Of a stretch of 64,000 nt of DNA, positions 9,729 to 18,914 are shown in pieces (the stretch's first letter is position 1; each line of letters starts with the position of its first letter). The position numbers were made by a program, and so were the translations under genes. The stretch is from NCBI GenBank assembly GCA_023269855.1, contig JAGDWP010000085.1, forward strand, positions 2,991 through 66,990, given 5' to 3'. A model generated the notes under the pieces. The model made no database searches and was not told the DNA's origin. It saw nothing but the letters and a program-made list of their open reading frames with translations. The stretch comes from Nitrososphaerales archaeon (GTDB lineage: Archaea > Thermoproteota > Nitrososphaeria_A > Caldarchaeales > Wolframiiraptoraceae).

Positions 9729-10616
9729 GTGAACATGGATTTCCGAAAACCTAGTTGGATAAGAGTTAAGCTCCCATCAGGTTGGGAATATTCTAAGGTT
9801 AACAATATCTTGAGGAAATATAATCTCCACACAGTCTGTGAAGAAGCTTTATGCCCTAACATCTCAGATTGCTGGGGACATCTTACAGCAACAATCATGA
9901 TCCTAGGAGATACTTGTACTAGGTCATGTAGATTCTGTGCAGTTAAAGCTGGGAACCCAAGAGGTATAGTTGATTTGGAAGAACCACGTAGAGTAGCAGA
10001 TGCAGTCATAGAATTAGGGTTAAGATACGTGGTTCTAACTTCAGTAACTAGGGACGACTTGGAAGATGGGGGTGCATCAATATATGCTGAAACTATAAGG
10101 GAGATAAGGAAGAGAAGTAAAGATGTTTTAATCGAAGTACTTATCCCTGATTTCAATAATAGTGTCAAAGCATTAAGAACTGTGGTGGAAGCTAGACCAA
10201 ACGTTATCGGTCACAATATAGAGACAGTGAAGAGGTTGACGCCATTAGTGAGAGATGGTAGAGCAGGCTACGAGAAATCTTTAAGAACATTAGCTATTAT
10301 AAAAGAAATAGACCCAGAAATTTATACAAAGTCTTCCATCATGCTTGGCTTAGGGGAGACGGTGGATGAAGTAATTGAAAGCATGATCGATTTAAGGAGG
10401 GTCGGCGTAGATTTCCTTACACTTGGACAATATCTTAGACCTACAAAAAAGCATCTCCCAGTCTACGAATATGTTTCACCTGAAAAATTCGAAGAGCTTA
10501 AGAAGATAGGGGAATCCTTAGGGTTTCTATATGTTGCTTCAGGACCTCTTGTGAGAAGCTCGTATCTTGCAGGAGAATTTTATCTGAGAACATTAATAAA
10601 TAGTGGAAGAAGTTAG
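9729..10616 (+). CDS. lipA: Lipoyl synthase
   Basis: 295 aa. Motifs CPNISDCW and radical-SAM CTRSCRFCAV. The true start may be ATG 9735. Confidence 0.95.
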   Translation: MNMDFRKPSWIRVKLPSGWEYSKVNNILRKYNLHTVCEEALCPNISDCWGHLTATIMILGDTCTRSCRFCAVKAGNPRGIVDLEEPRRVADAVIELGLRYVVLTSVTRDDLEDGGASIYAETIREIRKRSKDVLIEVLIPDFNNSVKALRTVVEARPNVIGHNIETVKRLTPLVRDGRAGYEKSLRTLAIIKEIDPEIYTKSSIMLGLGETVDEVIESMIDLRRVGVDFLTLGQYLRPTKKHLPVYEYVSPEKFEELKKIGESLGFLYVASGPLVRSSYLAGEFYLRTLINSGRS

Positions 10617-10628
10617 GAGGAACGAGGG

Positions 10629-12023
10629 ATGACGTTAGAAAAGTATGATGCTGTAGTAATTGGTGGGGGACCAGGTGGATATGTTGCAGCGATAAGGCTT
10701 GCTCAACACGGTAAGAAGACAGCATTAGTTGAGAGAGAGTTCATAGGTGGAGAATGCTTAAACTATGGATGTATACCATCAAAGATACTTATCGAGAATG
10801 TTAAACACTTCTACAAGCTTTCCACTTCAAGGTTACTGAGAAATGGGAAAATCGATTGGAATGCTTTACAAGAGAAGAAGAAAAAACTTGTCAATAAGAT
10901 TAGAGAGGGAGTAGAGTATCTATTGAGAGGGTATAATGTTAAGATATATAAGGGTGAAGCAAAGATTATCAACAATTTAATCATCAATATTGAGAATGGA
11001 AGTGGGACACAAACACGGATACATGGGGGAAACATCGTAATCGCCACGGGTACTTCACCGATCTCTCTCCCCACAATCCCATATGACCATACTAGAATAA
11101 TCTCAGCGAGGGAGGCATTAGAGTTACCCACCATACCCTCAAGTCTGTTAATAGTTGGTGGAGGAGCTATAGGCTTAGAGTTGGGAACAATTTATGCAAA
11201 ACTAGGTAGTAAAGTAACCATAGTTGAGATAATGGATCAGCTTTTACCAGGAATTGAGAAAGATATTGTTAGACTGGTAGAAAGAAGATTAAGACAATTA
11301 GGGGTCAATATCTTCTTATCGTCTCGAATAGTGTCATCAGAAGTCAAAGAGGATAAAGTTAGAGCCTTTATAGAGACATCAAATGAAACTATTGAGCATG
11401 TTTCAGATTATGCTCTCGTCTCTGTTGGTAAAAGACCATTAGTAAGCCAGATGGGCTTAGATAATATAGGCTTGGAATTGAATGAGAAAGGATTCATAAA
11501 AGTTGATGAATACTGTAGGACAAACTTAGAAAACGTATATGCTGTAGGAGATATTACGGGACCACCCTTTCTCGCACACAAGGCATCTAGACAAGGAATA
11601 ATTGCTGCAGATAACATAAGTGGTGAAAAGAAAATATTCGATGCTTCCACTATACCTTTAGCAATATTTACTGACCCGGAGATAGCTATGGTAGGTTTGA
11701 CTAAAGATGAGGCAGAGAAGAGGAATTATAAAGTTAAAGTCGCAAGGTTTAGTTATTCATCGCTCGGTAGAGCTATCGCTGAAGAAGAATTAGAAGGCTT
11801 CATTAGAATCATCTCAGACCAAGAATCAGGAACTCTCTTAGGAGTGCAGATTGTTGGAAGTAGAGCTACTGAGATAATTGGTGAAGCAGCTCTAGCAGTT
11901 AAGAATAAGTTAACGATTGATGAATTAGCTGACACTATACATCCTCATCCAACATTCAGTGAATTGTATAGCGAGGTGGCAGAAGCAGCACTCTTCAAGC
12001 CAATACATATGTTGGTGAAGTAA
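10629..12023 (+). CDS. lpd: Dihydrolipoamide dehydrogenase (E3)
   Basis: 464 aa. Motifs GGGPGGYVAA, redox disulfide GGECLNYGCIPSK, and C-terminal HPHPTFSE. GGAGG lies 9 nt upstream. Confidence 0.9.
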   Translation: MTLEKYDAVVIGGGPGGYVAAIRLAQHGKKTALVEREFIGGECLNYGCIPSKILIENVKHFYKLSTSRLLRNGKIDWNALQEKKKKLVNKIREGVEYLLRGYNVKIYKGEAKIINNLIINIENGSGTQTRIHGGNIVIATGTSPISLPTIPYDHTRIISAREALELPTIPSSLLIVGGGAIGLELGTIYAKLGSKVTIVEIMDQLLPGIEKDIVRLVERRLRQLGVNIFLSSRIVSSEVKEDKVRAFIETSNETIEHVSDYALVSVGKRPLVSQMGLDNIGLELNEKGFIKVDEYCRTNLENVYAVGDITGPPFLAHKASRQGIIAADNISGEKKIFDASTIPLAIFTDPEIAMVGLTKDEAEKRNYKVKVARFSYSSLGRAIAEEELEGFIRIISDQESGTLLGVQIVGSRATEIIGEAALAVKNKLTIDELADTIHPHPTFSELYSEVAEAALFKPIHMLVK

Positions 12024-12025
12024 AC

Positions 12026-12691
12026 TTGAGAAAACTCCAAATAATTGATCTCGGATTAATGGATTATGATGTTGCACATAAGCTACAGTTATCGATGGTG
12101 GAAGAAAGAATAGAAGGTAGAATCCCTGACACTCTGCTTCTCCTCGAGCATCCTCATGTTATTACCCTAGGTAGAAGACTGAAGCACTTTAACTCGACGA
12201 TACAGGGTATACCTGTATATCATGTAGAGAGAGGCGGAGAAGCAACTTATCATGGACCTGGCCAACTCGTAGGATACATAATCGTAGACCTTAACTCAGT
12301 CAATATGTCTATAAAAGATTTTGTTTTAAGGATTGAAGAAGCATTGATAAGAACTCTTAGAGCATTTGGTTTAGAAGCAGGTAGAGTAGAGGGGCACCCT
12401 GGAGTATGGGTCAACAACATGAAGATTGCATCAATAGGTCTAGCTCTAAAATGGTGGGTAACCTATCATGGTTTTGCATTAAACGTTAATACAGACCTAG
12501 AATACTTTAAGCTAATTAGACCATGCGGCTTAGATCCCACTATTATGACTTCAATGGAGAAAATTACTGGAAGAAAAATCGATATGGAAAACGTTAAGAA
12601 AGTCCTAGTTGAGAAAATCGTTGAAGTCTTCTCCTACTCAGAGATCAATCTCAACCGAATACTTGACCATAAGACGATATTAATGAAATGA
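12026..12691 (+). CDS. lipB: Octanoyl/lipoyl transferase
   Basis: 221 aa with a TTG start. Motifs RGGEATYHGPGQLVGY and IRPCG. Confidence 0.9.
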   Translation: MRKLQIIDLGLMDYDVAHKLQLSMVEERIEGRIPDTLLLLEHPHVITLGRRLKHFNSTIQGIPVYHVERGGEATYHGPGQLVGYIIVDLNSVNMSIKDFVLRIEEALIRTLRAFGLEAGRVEGHPGVWVNNMKIASIGLALKWWVTYHGFALNVNTDLEYFKLIRPCGLDPTIMTSMEKITGRKIDMENVKKVLVEKIVEVFSYSEINLNRILDHKTILMK

Positions 12692-15063
12692 TGAAGAATA
12701 GCTCAATCTTCTTCGTATTGGTGATTCTGTTCTTCTTATCTTCACTTTTCAACTCTAGTTACTCAGTGACATGGATGAAGATAGAGCCTGAAGAAGTCAA
12801 TGTAAATCCTGGAGGAGAAATCGTAATCAAAATCTCTGTAGGTGAAGAGATAAGAAATCAACGGGTTAGGTTAGCTATTCTAGATAAACCTTCTTGGCTG
12901 GATTACTCACTATCCATAATTGAGGGGAAGACACCTTTCTCTTCCAACCTAACAATTAGATTGTCTGATAGTGCTCCAATAGGGAAACATAATATAACGA
13001 TAAGTCTATGGATAGGGAGAACATTATTAGAAGAGCAAAACGTAACACTGATTATATCACCTGTATTCATTCCTCCCATAATCTCTTTTCTTAACCACAC
13101 TTGCCCATACACTGTAACAGTAGGAGAGAAGATTGCCTTGGACCTCTCTTTTAATTATACTGTATTCATGGAGACACGGATAAGAGCTAGAATATTTCTA
13201 AATGAGCAAGTTGAAACAATGATAGAGTTTCAATTATCAGGCAAAGGGTCTATCCCATTATATAGACAGCTAACTGCTCCGTCTGAACCTGGAGAACTTA
13301 TAGTAAACTCTGTGATAGAATATTATGACTCAGTTAATCAAACCTGGGTTAATGCTGACTTAATGATTTGTAAAGTTACAGTAATTCCTATTCCTACAAT
13401 TCTAAAGATAGCTGCAGTTGGGCTACCTGCTTCCGTAAAAGTGAATGTTCAGATCCTAATAATACCGCAGGGTTCTCTAATTGAGAGAACTATTACAAGT
13501 AACCGGGAGCATAAGATAGACCTTTCAATCTATCAACCATCAACCCTATTAGTCATAATTGAAGATGAAATGATTGTATCTAACAATACAAAATATGTAG
13601 CAGATAATAGTCTCAGAGAGATATATGTTGAGCCAGGTTGGACTGTCACACTTCAATTTAGTTATTCTCCATGGTATTTGGTAGTTAAGAAAGTAGAACC
13701 TGAAGACAGTATTTTAAAGATACTTGAAGGAAGCGAATGGGTAAAAAGAGGGGAGAGTTTCTCAGTTTCCGCCCCTACAATAATTGAGTCCAATAATAAG
13801 AGGTTCACATTATCTCATATAGAATTAAATGGAGAAAAACTTGAAAGAGTTCAAACACTACGTATAGATGGTCCCTGCTTAATTACCTACATGTATAACG
13901 ATTATAATAAGTTAAAAGTAGCCTCCCAGATAAAACTTCCACCTACTCTAGCTGGGGAAACCCATCTAGTAGAAGACCTCTTGAACAGTGTAGATGAATT
14001 CTCAGGAGAATATTGGGTTAGAAACGGTGAATTATTCAAGATACCTTTTAGAGAATATGTCTTAGCAGACTATAGGTTTATTCCAGAGAACTTTGAATCA
14101 GATCTCGAACCTAATGTAGAAAATGGCTCAGTTAATGTGATAGTAAATAAGCCAGGATTCATCAAATTATATTACAACGTCGAAGTAAAAGTAAGAATCC
14201 TGTTAATTCACTCCGAGGTTGAGACAGTAATCAGAGAAGAATGGGTGCCACTAGGACTACAGTATACTGTATCATTAGACGAGTTATTATCTCCAAAAAC
14301 TATTGGAGAAAAAATTGTGTTAAAAAGTTTCAAAGTGGGTTCAGAGTATAAGTTCTTAAGAGATCAAGAAAGAATAATTCTAAATGTGGATTCACCTAAA
14401 ACGATCGAGTTGAGTATAGATAGATATTTTCTAGTTAGGGTACATACTATACCTTCAACTGACACTGATTATCCTATATGTATTGGTCCACCGGGTGTAA
14501 CTGAGAATAGTAGCGAGGAGAATATTTATGAGTTCTGGGTTATGGAAAAGACGCCTATAGTATGCTATTTTCCAGAGAGAATAGATAAGGAGCGGGAATC
14601 GATAATATTCGTAAAAGGCTTTGCGGGAGACCAGGTTTATACTACTCCAGGATTGAAGTCACTCTATGTTGAGAAGCCCATAAACATCTCTATGGAAATT
14701 AGAGTTCTCAAATACTTTGAACTTAAAGGTAATACTTATAGAGGGACTTTTCTAGGTGGAGGATTATATCTTGAAGGGAGTCGAATAATCTGGACGGTTC
14801 AACCTCAAGAATATCCTGCTGATGGACTACTTGGTCTACTCGGATTCAAATGGAGAGCAGTAAATCCTTTTGGTATTGAGGAAGTCCACCATGACAAAAC
14901 AATCAACATAACATGGGTTCTTACACCATCAATGGACAGCCCACTACTTCAATTTCTACAATTCACTTCAATCATCGTAATCTCATACATTGCTTCGATA
15001 TATAATAAAATATGGAAGAGTAGGCAATCTTCTAATAGAGGTGATGAAGATATTGGAATCTAA
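12688..15063 (+). CDS. Large secreted, C-terminally anchored surface protein (CARDB/NEW3-like N-terminal domain), probably N-glycosylated
   Basis: 791 aa. Signal peptide MMKNSSIFFVLVILFFLSSLF and a C-terminal TM (FTSIIVISYIASIY) with a charged tail. About a dozen N-x-S/T sequons. ATGA overlap with the lipB stop. Confidence 0.6.
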   Translation: MMKNSSIFFVLVILFFLSSLFNSSYSVTWMKIEPEEVNVNPGGEIVIKISVGEEIRNQRVRLAILDKPSWLDYSLSIIEGKTPFSSNLTIRLSDSAPIGKHNITISLWIGRTLLEEQNVTLIISPVFIPPIISFLNHTCPYTVTVGEKIALDLSFNYTVFMETRIRARIFLNEQVETMIEFQLSGKGSIPLYRQLTAPSEPGELIVNSVIEYYDSVNQTWVNADLMICKVTVIPIPTILKIAAVGLPASVKVNVQILIIPQGSLIERTITSNREHKIDLSIYQPSTLLVIIEDEMIVSNNTKYVADNSLREIYVEPGWTVTLQFSYSPWYLVVKKVEPEDSILKILEGSEWVKRGESFSVSAPTIIESNNKRFTLSHIELNGEKLERVQTLRIDGPCLITYMYNDYNKLKVASQIKLPPTLAGETHLVEDLLNSVDEFSGEYWVRNGELFKIPFREYVLADYRFIPENFESDLEPNVENGSVNVIVNKPGFIKLYYNVEVKVRILLIHSEVETVIREEWVPLGLQYTVSLDELLSPKTIGEKIVLKSFKVGSEYKFLRDQERIILNVDSPKTIELSIDRYFLVRVHTIPSTDTDYPICIGPPGVTENSSEENIYEFWVMEKTPIVCYFPERIDKERESIIFVKGFAGDQVYTTPGLKSLYVEKPINISMEIRVLKYFELKGNTYRGTFLGGGLYLEGSRIIWTVQPQEYPADGLLGLLGFKWRAVNPFGIEEVHHDKTINITWVLTPSMDSPLLQFLQFTSIIVISYIASIYNKIWKSRQSSNRGDEDIGI

Positions 15064-15475
15064 AACATCAATAGTCTTTTCCATAGTGCTATTGTCTCTT
15101 CTAACCTTAGGGTTAGCTTCTGAACCCGCTATCAAGGTTAGAGAAACCAGTAGTGAAGAAACGATTACAGTTACTGAAACAATCTATACATATACGGGAG
15201 CACCAATAACAGAAACATCTACGAAGACCGTGAGAGAATATATCACAGTTACTCAAACAATAACAGAGCATTCCATAGTCTTTACAGTTCAAAGCATTAC
15301 AATCTTCAGAACATATACGCATACAGTCACCGAGATAGCCACTATGACTGTTTATGAATATCTCCCATTAGAAGCCTACTCTCTAATGTTAATATTAATG
15401 GCCGCCTCGCTGATTATATTATTGATAATCTTAAACAGGATCCGCAGAACAGAATCTAAAACGGTGAAAGAATAA
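15044..15475 (+). CDS. Small Thr-rich secreted protein with a C-terminal TM anchor
   Basis: The track ORF is 14990..15475. The likely start is ATG 15044, giving signal peptide MKILESKTSIVFSIVLLSLLTLGLA. The body alternates Thr and aliphatic residues (TITVTETIYTYT, YITVTQTITEH, TYTHTVTEIATMTVYEY). A TM segment and RIRRTESK follow. It overlaps the upstream gene's end by 20 nt. Confidence 0.55.
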   Translation: MKILESKTSIVFSIVLLSLLTLGLASEPAIKVRETSSEETITVTETIYTYTGAPITETSTKTVREYITVTQTITEHSIVFTVQSITIFRTYTHTVTEIATMTVYEYLPLEAYSLMLILMAASLIILLIILNRIRRTESKTVKE

Positions 15476-15561
15476 TGGAATTAACAAGCATCCTTACAAT
15501 AATATTCTTTATTTTAGTTCTTTTAACTCTCTATTTGCAAAGCAGAGTATTTGGCAAGTGA
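15475..15561 (+). CDS. Candidate 28-aa single-TM micropeptide (MELTSILTIIFFILVLLTLYLQSRVFGK)
   Basis: Below the ORF-track size cutoff. The ATG shares its A with the upstream TAA (TAATG). One hydrophobic helix followed by a basic tail. Confidence 0.3.
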   Translation: MELTSILTIIFFILVLLTLYLQSRVFGK

Positions 15562-15654
15562 GTGGGAAAAGTAGGAAAACCTGAGTCAAGATATATTACT
15601 CCTACCTAAAATTCTAAATCTTCGAAGACATCTAGATTCAATTCCTAGACTTTA

Positions 15655-15712
15655 TTTTCAGATGGTTGATCCTTCATCATTTTCTCAGATGATGATGGGC
15701 GTCATCATTTCT
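15655..15712 (-). ncRNA. C/D box sRNA (2'-O-methylation guide)
   Basis: The minus strand reads A-AUGAUGA(C)-CGCCCAUCAUCAU-CUGA(D')-GAAA-AUGAUGA(C')-AGGAUCAACCAU-CUGA(D). All four boxes are perfect, with 13-nt and 12-nt guides and a 4-nt D'-C' spacer. A TATA-like AAATTTAT lies about 30 nt upstream on the same strand. Confidence 0.85.
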
Positions 15713-15800
15713 AAACAATATCATCTTACGATATTAGATAAATTTTTAGTTAATAGAAGAGAACAAATGTTAAATAGATCATCAATTAGATAGTTCTAGA

Positions 15801-17885
15801 ATGGAAAGGATAAAGAAGAGTAAGCTAATGAGTTTTATTCGGAGAATATTTGCCGGTAGAATGATCTTTCTTGAAATTACGATAATGCTGTTAATACTTA
15901 GCATAGCATTCTTTGTTAGAGTTCTCCCTCTCAGGTGGGGTCTATACCTCAGTGAGTTCGATCCTTGGATGCAATACAAGGAGATGAAGTTTATTGTTGA
16001 TAGAGGTTGGACAGGTTTCATAGATTTCTTTAATTGGCACGATTATGATTCATGGTATCCATATGGTAGAGATGTTGGTAGAACAGCTTTCCCAGGAGTA
16101 CCTTTCCTCGCAGCATTCCTCTACCACATAATACACGGCTTAGGATTCAACGTTGATACCTTAGAGCTAGCTGCTTTCATGCCTACTATAATGGGTATCG
16201 TTACAACAATCATAGTATTCTTTCTAGGCAGAGAAGTTGGTGGAAAACCGGCAGGCTTCCTAGCTGCATTCTTCATAGCTTTGAGTAGTGCAAGTATTCA
16301 GAGGACTCATTTTGGATGGTTTGATGATGAAAGTGTAAGTATACCATTTATGCTTTTAGGATTCCTATCATACATCCTAGCGATAAAGAAAGATAGAACA
16401 TGGAAGAGTCTAATAATCTATTCAATAGTAGCTGGATTCTCGTTAGGGTATGTTACAGCTACGTGGGGAGCCTCTAGATTCCCTATAGCATTTATACCAG
16501 TATTTACTGGAGTTCTAGCCCTTATTGGGAGATATAGTAGAAAACTGTTAGTCTCCTATTCTATTACTGTTCTCTTATATGGATCGATAGCTGTAATGGT
16601 TCCGAAGCTTGGACTGGGATTCTTAAGAGAGGCAACAATGGTTGTCTCTATAGGAGTTCTAGTCTATTTATTATCTTTCGAATTATCAAGGTTTAAACCT
16701 GAAATCCTCAAGAATCTTCCACACTATGTATTAATCGTAAGCATAATAGGTTTTATCTCACTAATATCAATTGGAAGTTTAGGACTACCGGGAACGAAAT
16801 TCCTCAGCACTGTGATTCCAACTTTGAGATCAGTTCTACCAATAGTAATATCTGTCGCAGAGAATCAAGTATCTACTTGGGCGATAATATTCTCAGACTC
16901 AGGATTCAAACTATTCCTAGTACCCGCAGGAATATATTATCTAGCTAAGAGACGGGAAAACATTGACATCTTTCTAATATTGCTGACCGTGTTTGTTGTA
17001 TACTTTGCATCTACAATGGTTAGGTTGACAATCCTAGCTGCTCCAGCGATAACTATAGTTGCATCATGCGCGCTATCTGAAATCTTGAGAGGGCTTGCAC
17101 ACAACCTTACCTTAACTTATTCAAGAAAGAAAAGAGTTGGTCAAATAGGGATAGAATATTATGTCATTACACCGATTCTCATAACTGGTTTAATAATGTT
17201 CAGCTTTATTCCGTCTACTTACGGTGTTAGATACTCTATATCTCCGATAGATACTGCTTATGTTCCACCAACGATTGTATCATCTAGTATGCCTATTAGG
17301 TCAAGTGTTCCCGATTGGCTTAAAACTCTTAGCTGGATGAGGGATAACCTTCCACCGAATGCCGTTGTTGCATCATGGTGGGATTATGGTTACTGGATAA
17401 CTATCGTGGGAAACCATACTAGCATAGTTGATAACGCAACATTGAATACTACTCAGATAGGTGAGGTAGCTTACGCATTTATGTCTGATGAAGAAACAGC
17501 TTATAGAGTATTCCGGAAACTTGGAGCAACCCATGTCCTAATATTTATTACTCATACAGTTTATACGACGAGTAGTGGAAATGTTCCAATGCTCCTTGGA
17601 TATGGGGATGAAGCTAAATGGGTTTGGATGCTTAGGATAGCTAATCAAGTTGGATATAACTTCACAGAATCAGATTATCTAGATGAAAATGGTAGACCGA
17701 CAGACAAATTCTGGGCAGAAACCCTCCTAGGCCAGCTAATACCTTACAAACCTCAGCAGATCTATACAGGTGTAACAGGACACGTATACCAACCTTCAAC
17801 TCTGAATCACTTCAGACTAGTCTATCAGTCAAGCGAACCATACTACAGCTATGCATACGTCTACATATATGAGATAGTAGATTAA
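15801..17885 (+). CDS. aglB: Archaeal oligosaccharyltransferase (STT3 homologue)
   Basis: 694 aa and polytopic. WWDYGYW catalytic motif (VASWWDYGYWITIVG). Confidence 0.9.
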   Translation: MERIKKSKLMSFIRRIFAGRMIFLEITIMLLILSIAFFVRVLPLRWGLYLSEFDPWMQYKEMKFIVDRGWTGFIDFFNWHDYDSWYPYGRDVGRTAFPGVPFLAAFLYHIIHGLGFNVDTLELAAFMPTIMGIVTTIIVFFLGREVGGKPAGFLAAFFIALSSASIQRTHFGWFDDESVSIPFMLLGFLSYILAIKKDRTWKSLIIYSIVAGFSLGYVTATWGASRFPIAFIPVFTGVLALIGRYSRKLLVSYSITVLLYGSIAVMVPKLGLGFLREATMVVSIGVLVYLLSFELSRFKPEILKNLPHYVLIVSIIGFISLISIGSLGLPGTKFLSTVIPTLRSVLPIVISVAENQVSTWAIIFSDSGFKLFLVPAGIYYLAKRRENIDIFLILLTVFVVYFASTMVRLTILAAPAITIVASCALSEILRGLAHNLTLTYSRKKRVGQIGIEYYVITPILITGLIMFSFIPSTYGVRYSISPIDTAYVPPTIVSSSMPIRSSVPDWLKTLSWMRDNLPPNAVVASWWDYGYWITIVGNHTSIVDNATLNTTQIGEVAYAFMSDEETAYRVFRKLGATHVLIFITHTVYTTSSGNVPMLLGYGDEAKWVWMLRIANQVGYNFTESDYLDENGRPTDKFWAETLLGQLIPYKPQQIYTGVTGHVYQPSTLNHFRLVYQSSEPYYSYAYVYIYEIVD

Positions 17886-17911
17886 TGAATTTCAAAAATT
17901 TCTTTAGCGAA

Positions 17912-18727
17912 CTAACCTATATAGTATGGTTCTCTCTCCCTGCTAGGCTGCTCTTCTCTCTCAGGAAGTATCTGGCCGAACCCTCTCTGAAATTCTTCAA
18001 TAAGCCTTTTCTGCTTCTCAATCTCTCTATCAAGCTTCTCCATATCGATCTTAAATCTTAATGCTTTAGATAATACTTCAAGTAAACGTTTCGCGGCCGC
18101 TGGGTCAGGTAAATATGAATATACTTCAGATATCAGGATAAAGGCTAAATCATAGTTTCTTGCAAAGAATGATAACATATATGCTCCGAATCTATCGAGG
18201 GGTAATGCATCAAGGTTTGGGGAAAGCTTGGCTCCTGCTTCAATCAAGCTCTTAGCATTATTTATGCTAGTTGATGCAACGTATACATTGGATTCACCGT
18301 ATATTCTTGAACTCGCTAACAGATAATATGCTTTAACACCTTTAGATTTAAAGAATTCATAAAGCTTCTTTGCTATAATGTAGCTTCCTTCACTACTCTC
18401 TATTGGGAAATTCCTTAACATTAAGAGAAGTTTGACGTCTTTATCATAGAAATACAATTCTATCTTTGGTTGATTTGCTAAACCTGAATCGTTAACTATA
18501 CTGATCTGGGGAAAATGTGGTGACTTTACTTCACCTATTTTAGTAGGTTGAAGAAAGTCGATTAAATGAGTTAAAGCAATGAGACCAGCTGCCCCGGGAC
18601 TGGGAGACGACTCTAGAAGAGTTGAACCAGTAAGGTCTGCTTTTTTCCCTTCTTCATTTAGTATTATCTTTACGTCTTCAAGCTGTTTAAACTTCCATCT
18701 ATTAACTTGGTGAGCCATCTTACCCAC
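17912..18727 (-). CDS. PAC2-family (proteasome assembly chaperone-like) protein
   Basis: 271 aa. It has the family-like layout and sits in the conserved position after nop10. The probable true start is ATG 18718, behind GGTGGG. Confidence 0.6.
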   Translation of the reverse strand: MGKMAHQVNRWKFKQLEDVKIILNEEGKKADLTGSTLLESSPSPGAAGLIALTHLIDFLQPTKIGEVKSPHFPQISIVNDSGLANQPKIELYFYDKDVKLLLMLRNFPIESSEGSYIIAKKLYEFFKSKGVKAYYLLASSRIYGESNVYVASTSINNAKSLIEAGAKLSPNLDALPLDRFGAYMLSFFARNYDLAFILISEVYSYLPDPAAAKRLLEVLSKALRFKIDMEKLDREIEKQKRLIEEFQRGFGQILPEREEQPSREREPYYIG

Positions 18728-18914
18728 CTACTTGACGTAAGTCCTCGTTATTAAATCTCTTTCTTCTAGCCGTCAGTATCAGCTGGAGGTATCTACTATC
18801 TGGAGAAAGGTTGATAGGATGGGCTGACCTTACTTCTCCCCCACAATATGGGCAAGAGTCTTTCTTTAGGGTGTATCTCTTACAGTTCAAGCACTTGTAT
18901 ATAAGTGATTTCAA
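18720..18914 (-). CDS. nop10: H/ACA RNP protein Nop10
   Basis: Zinc ribbon KCLNCKRYTLKKDSCPYCGG followed by P..LSPDSRY. The track ORF extends to 18947. The TTG at 18914 gives the usual 64-aa size and forms TTGA with the aIF2-alpha stop. Confidence 0.85.
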   Translation of the reverse strand: MKSLIYKCLNCKRYTLKKDSCPYCGGEVRSAHPINLSPDSRYLQLILTARRKRFNNEDLRQVGG

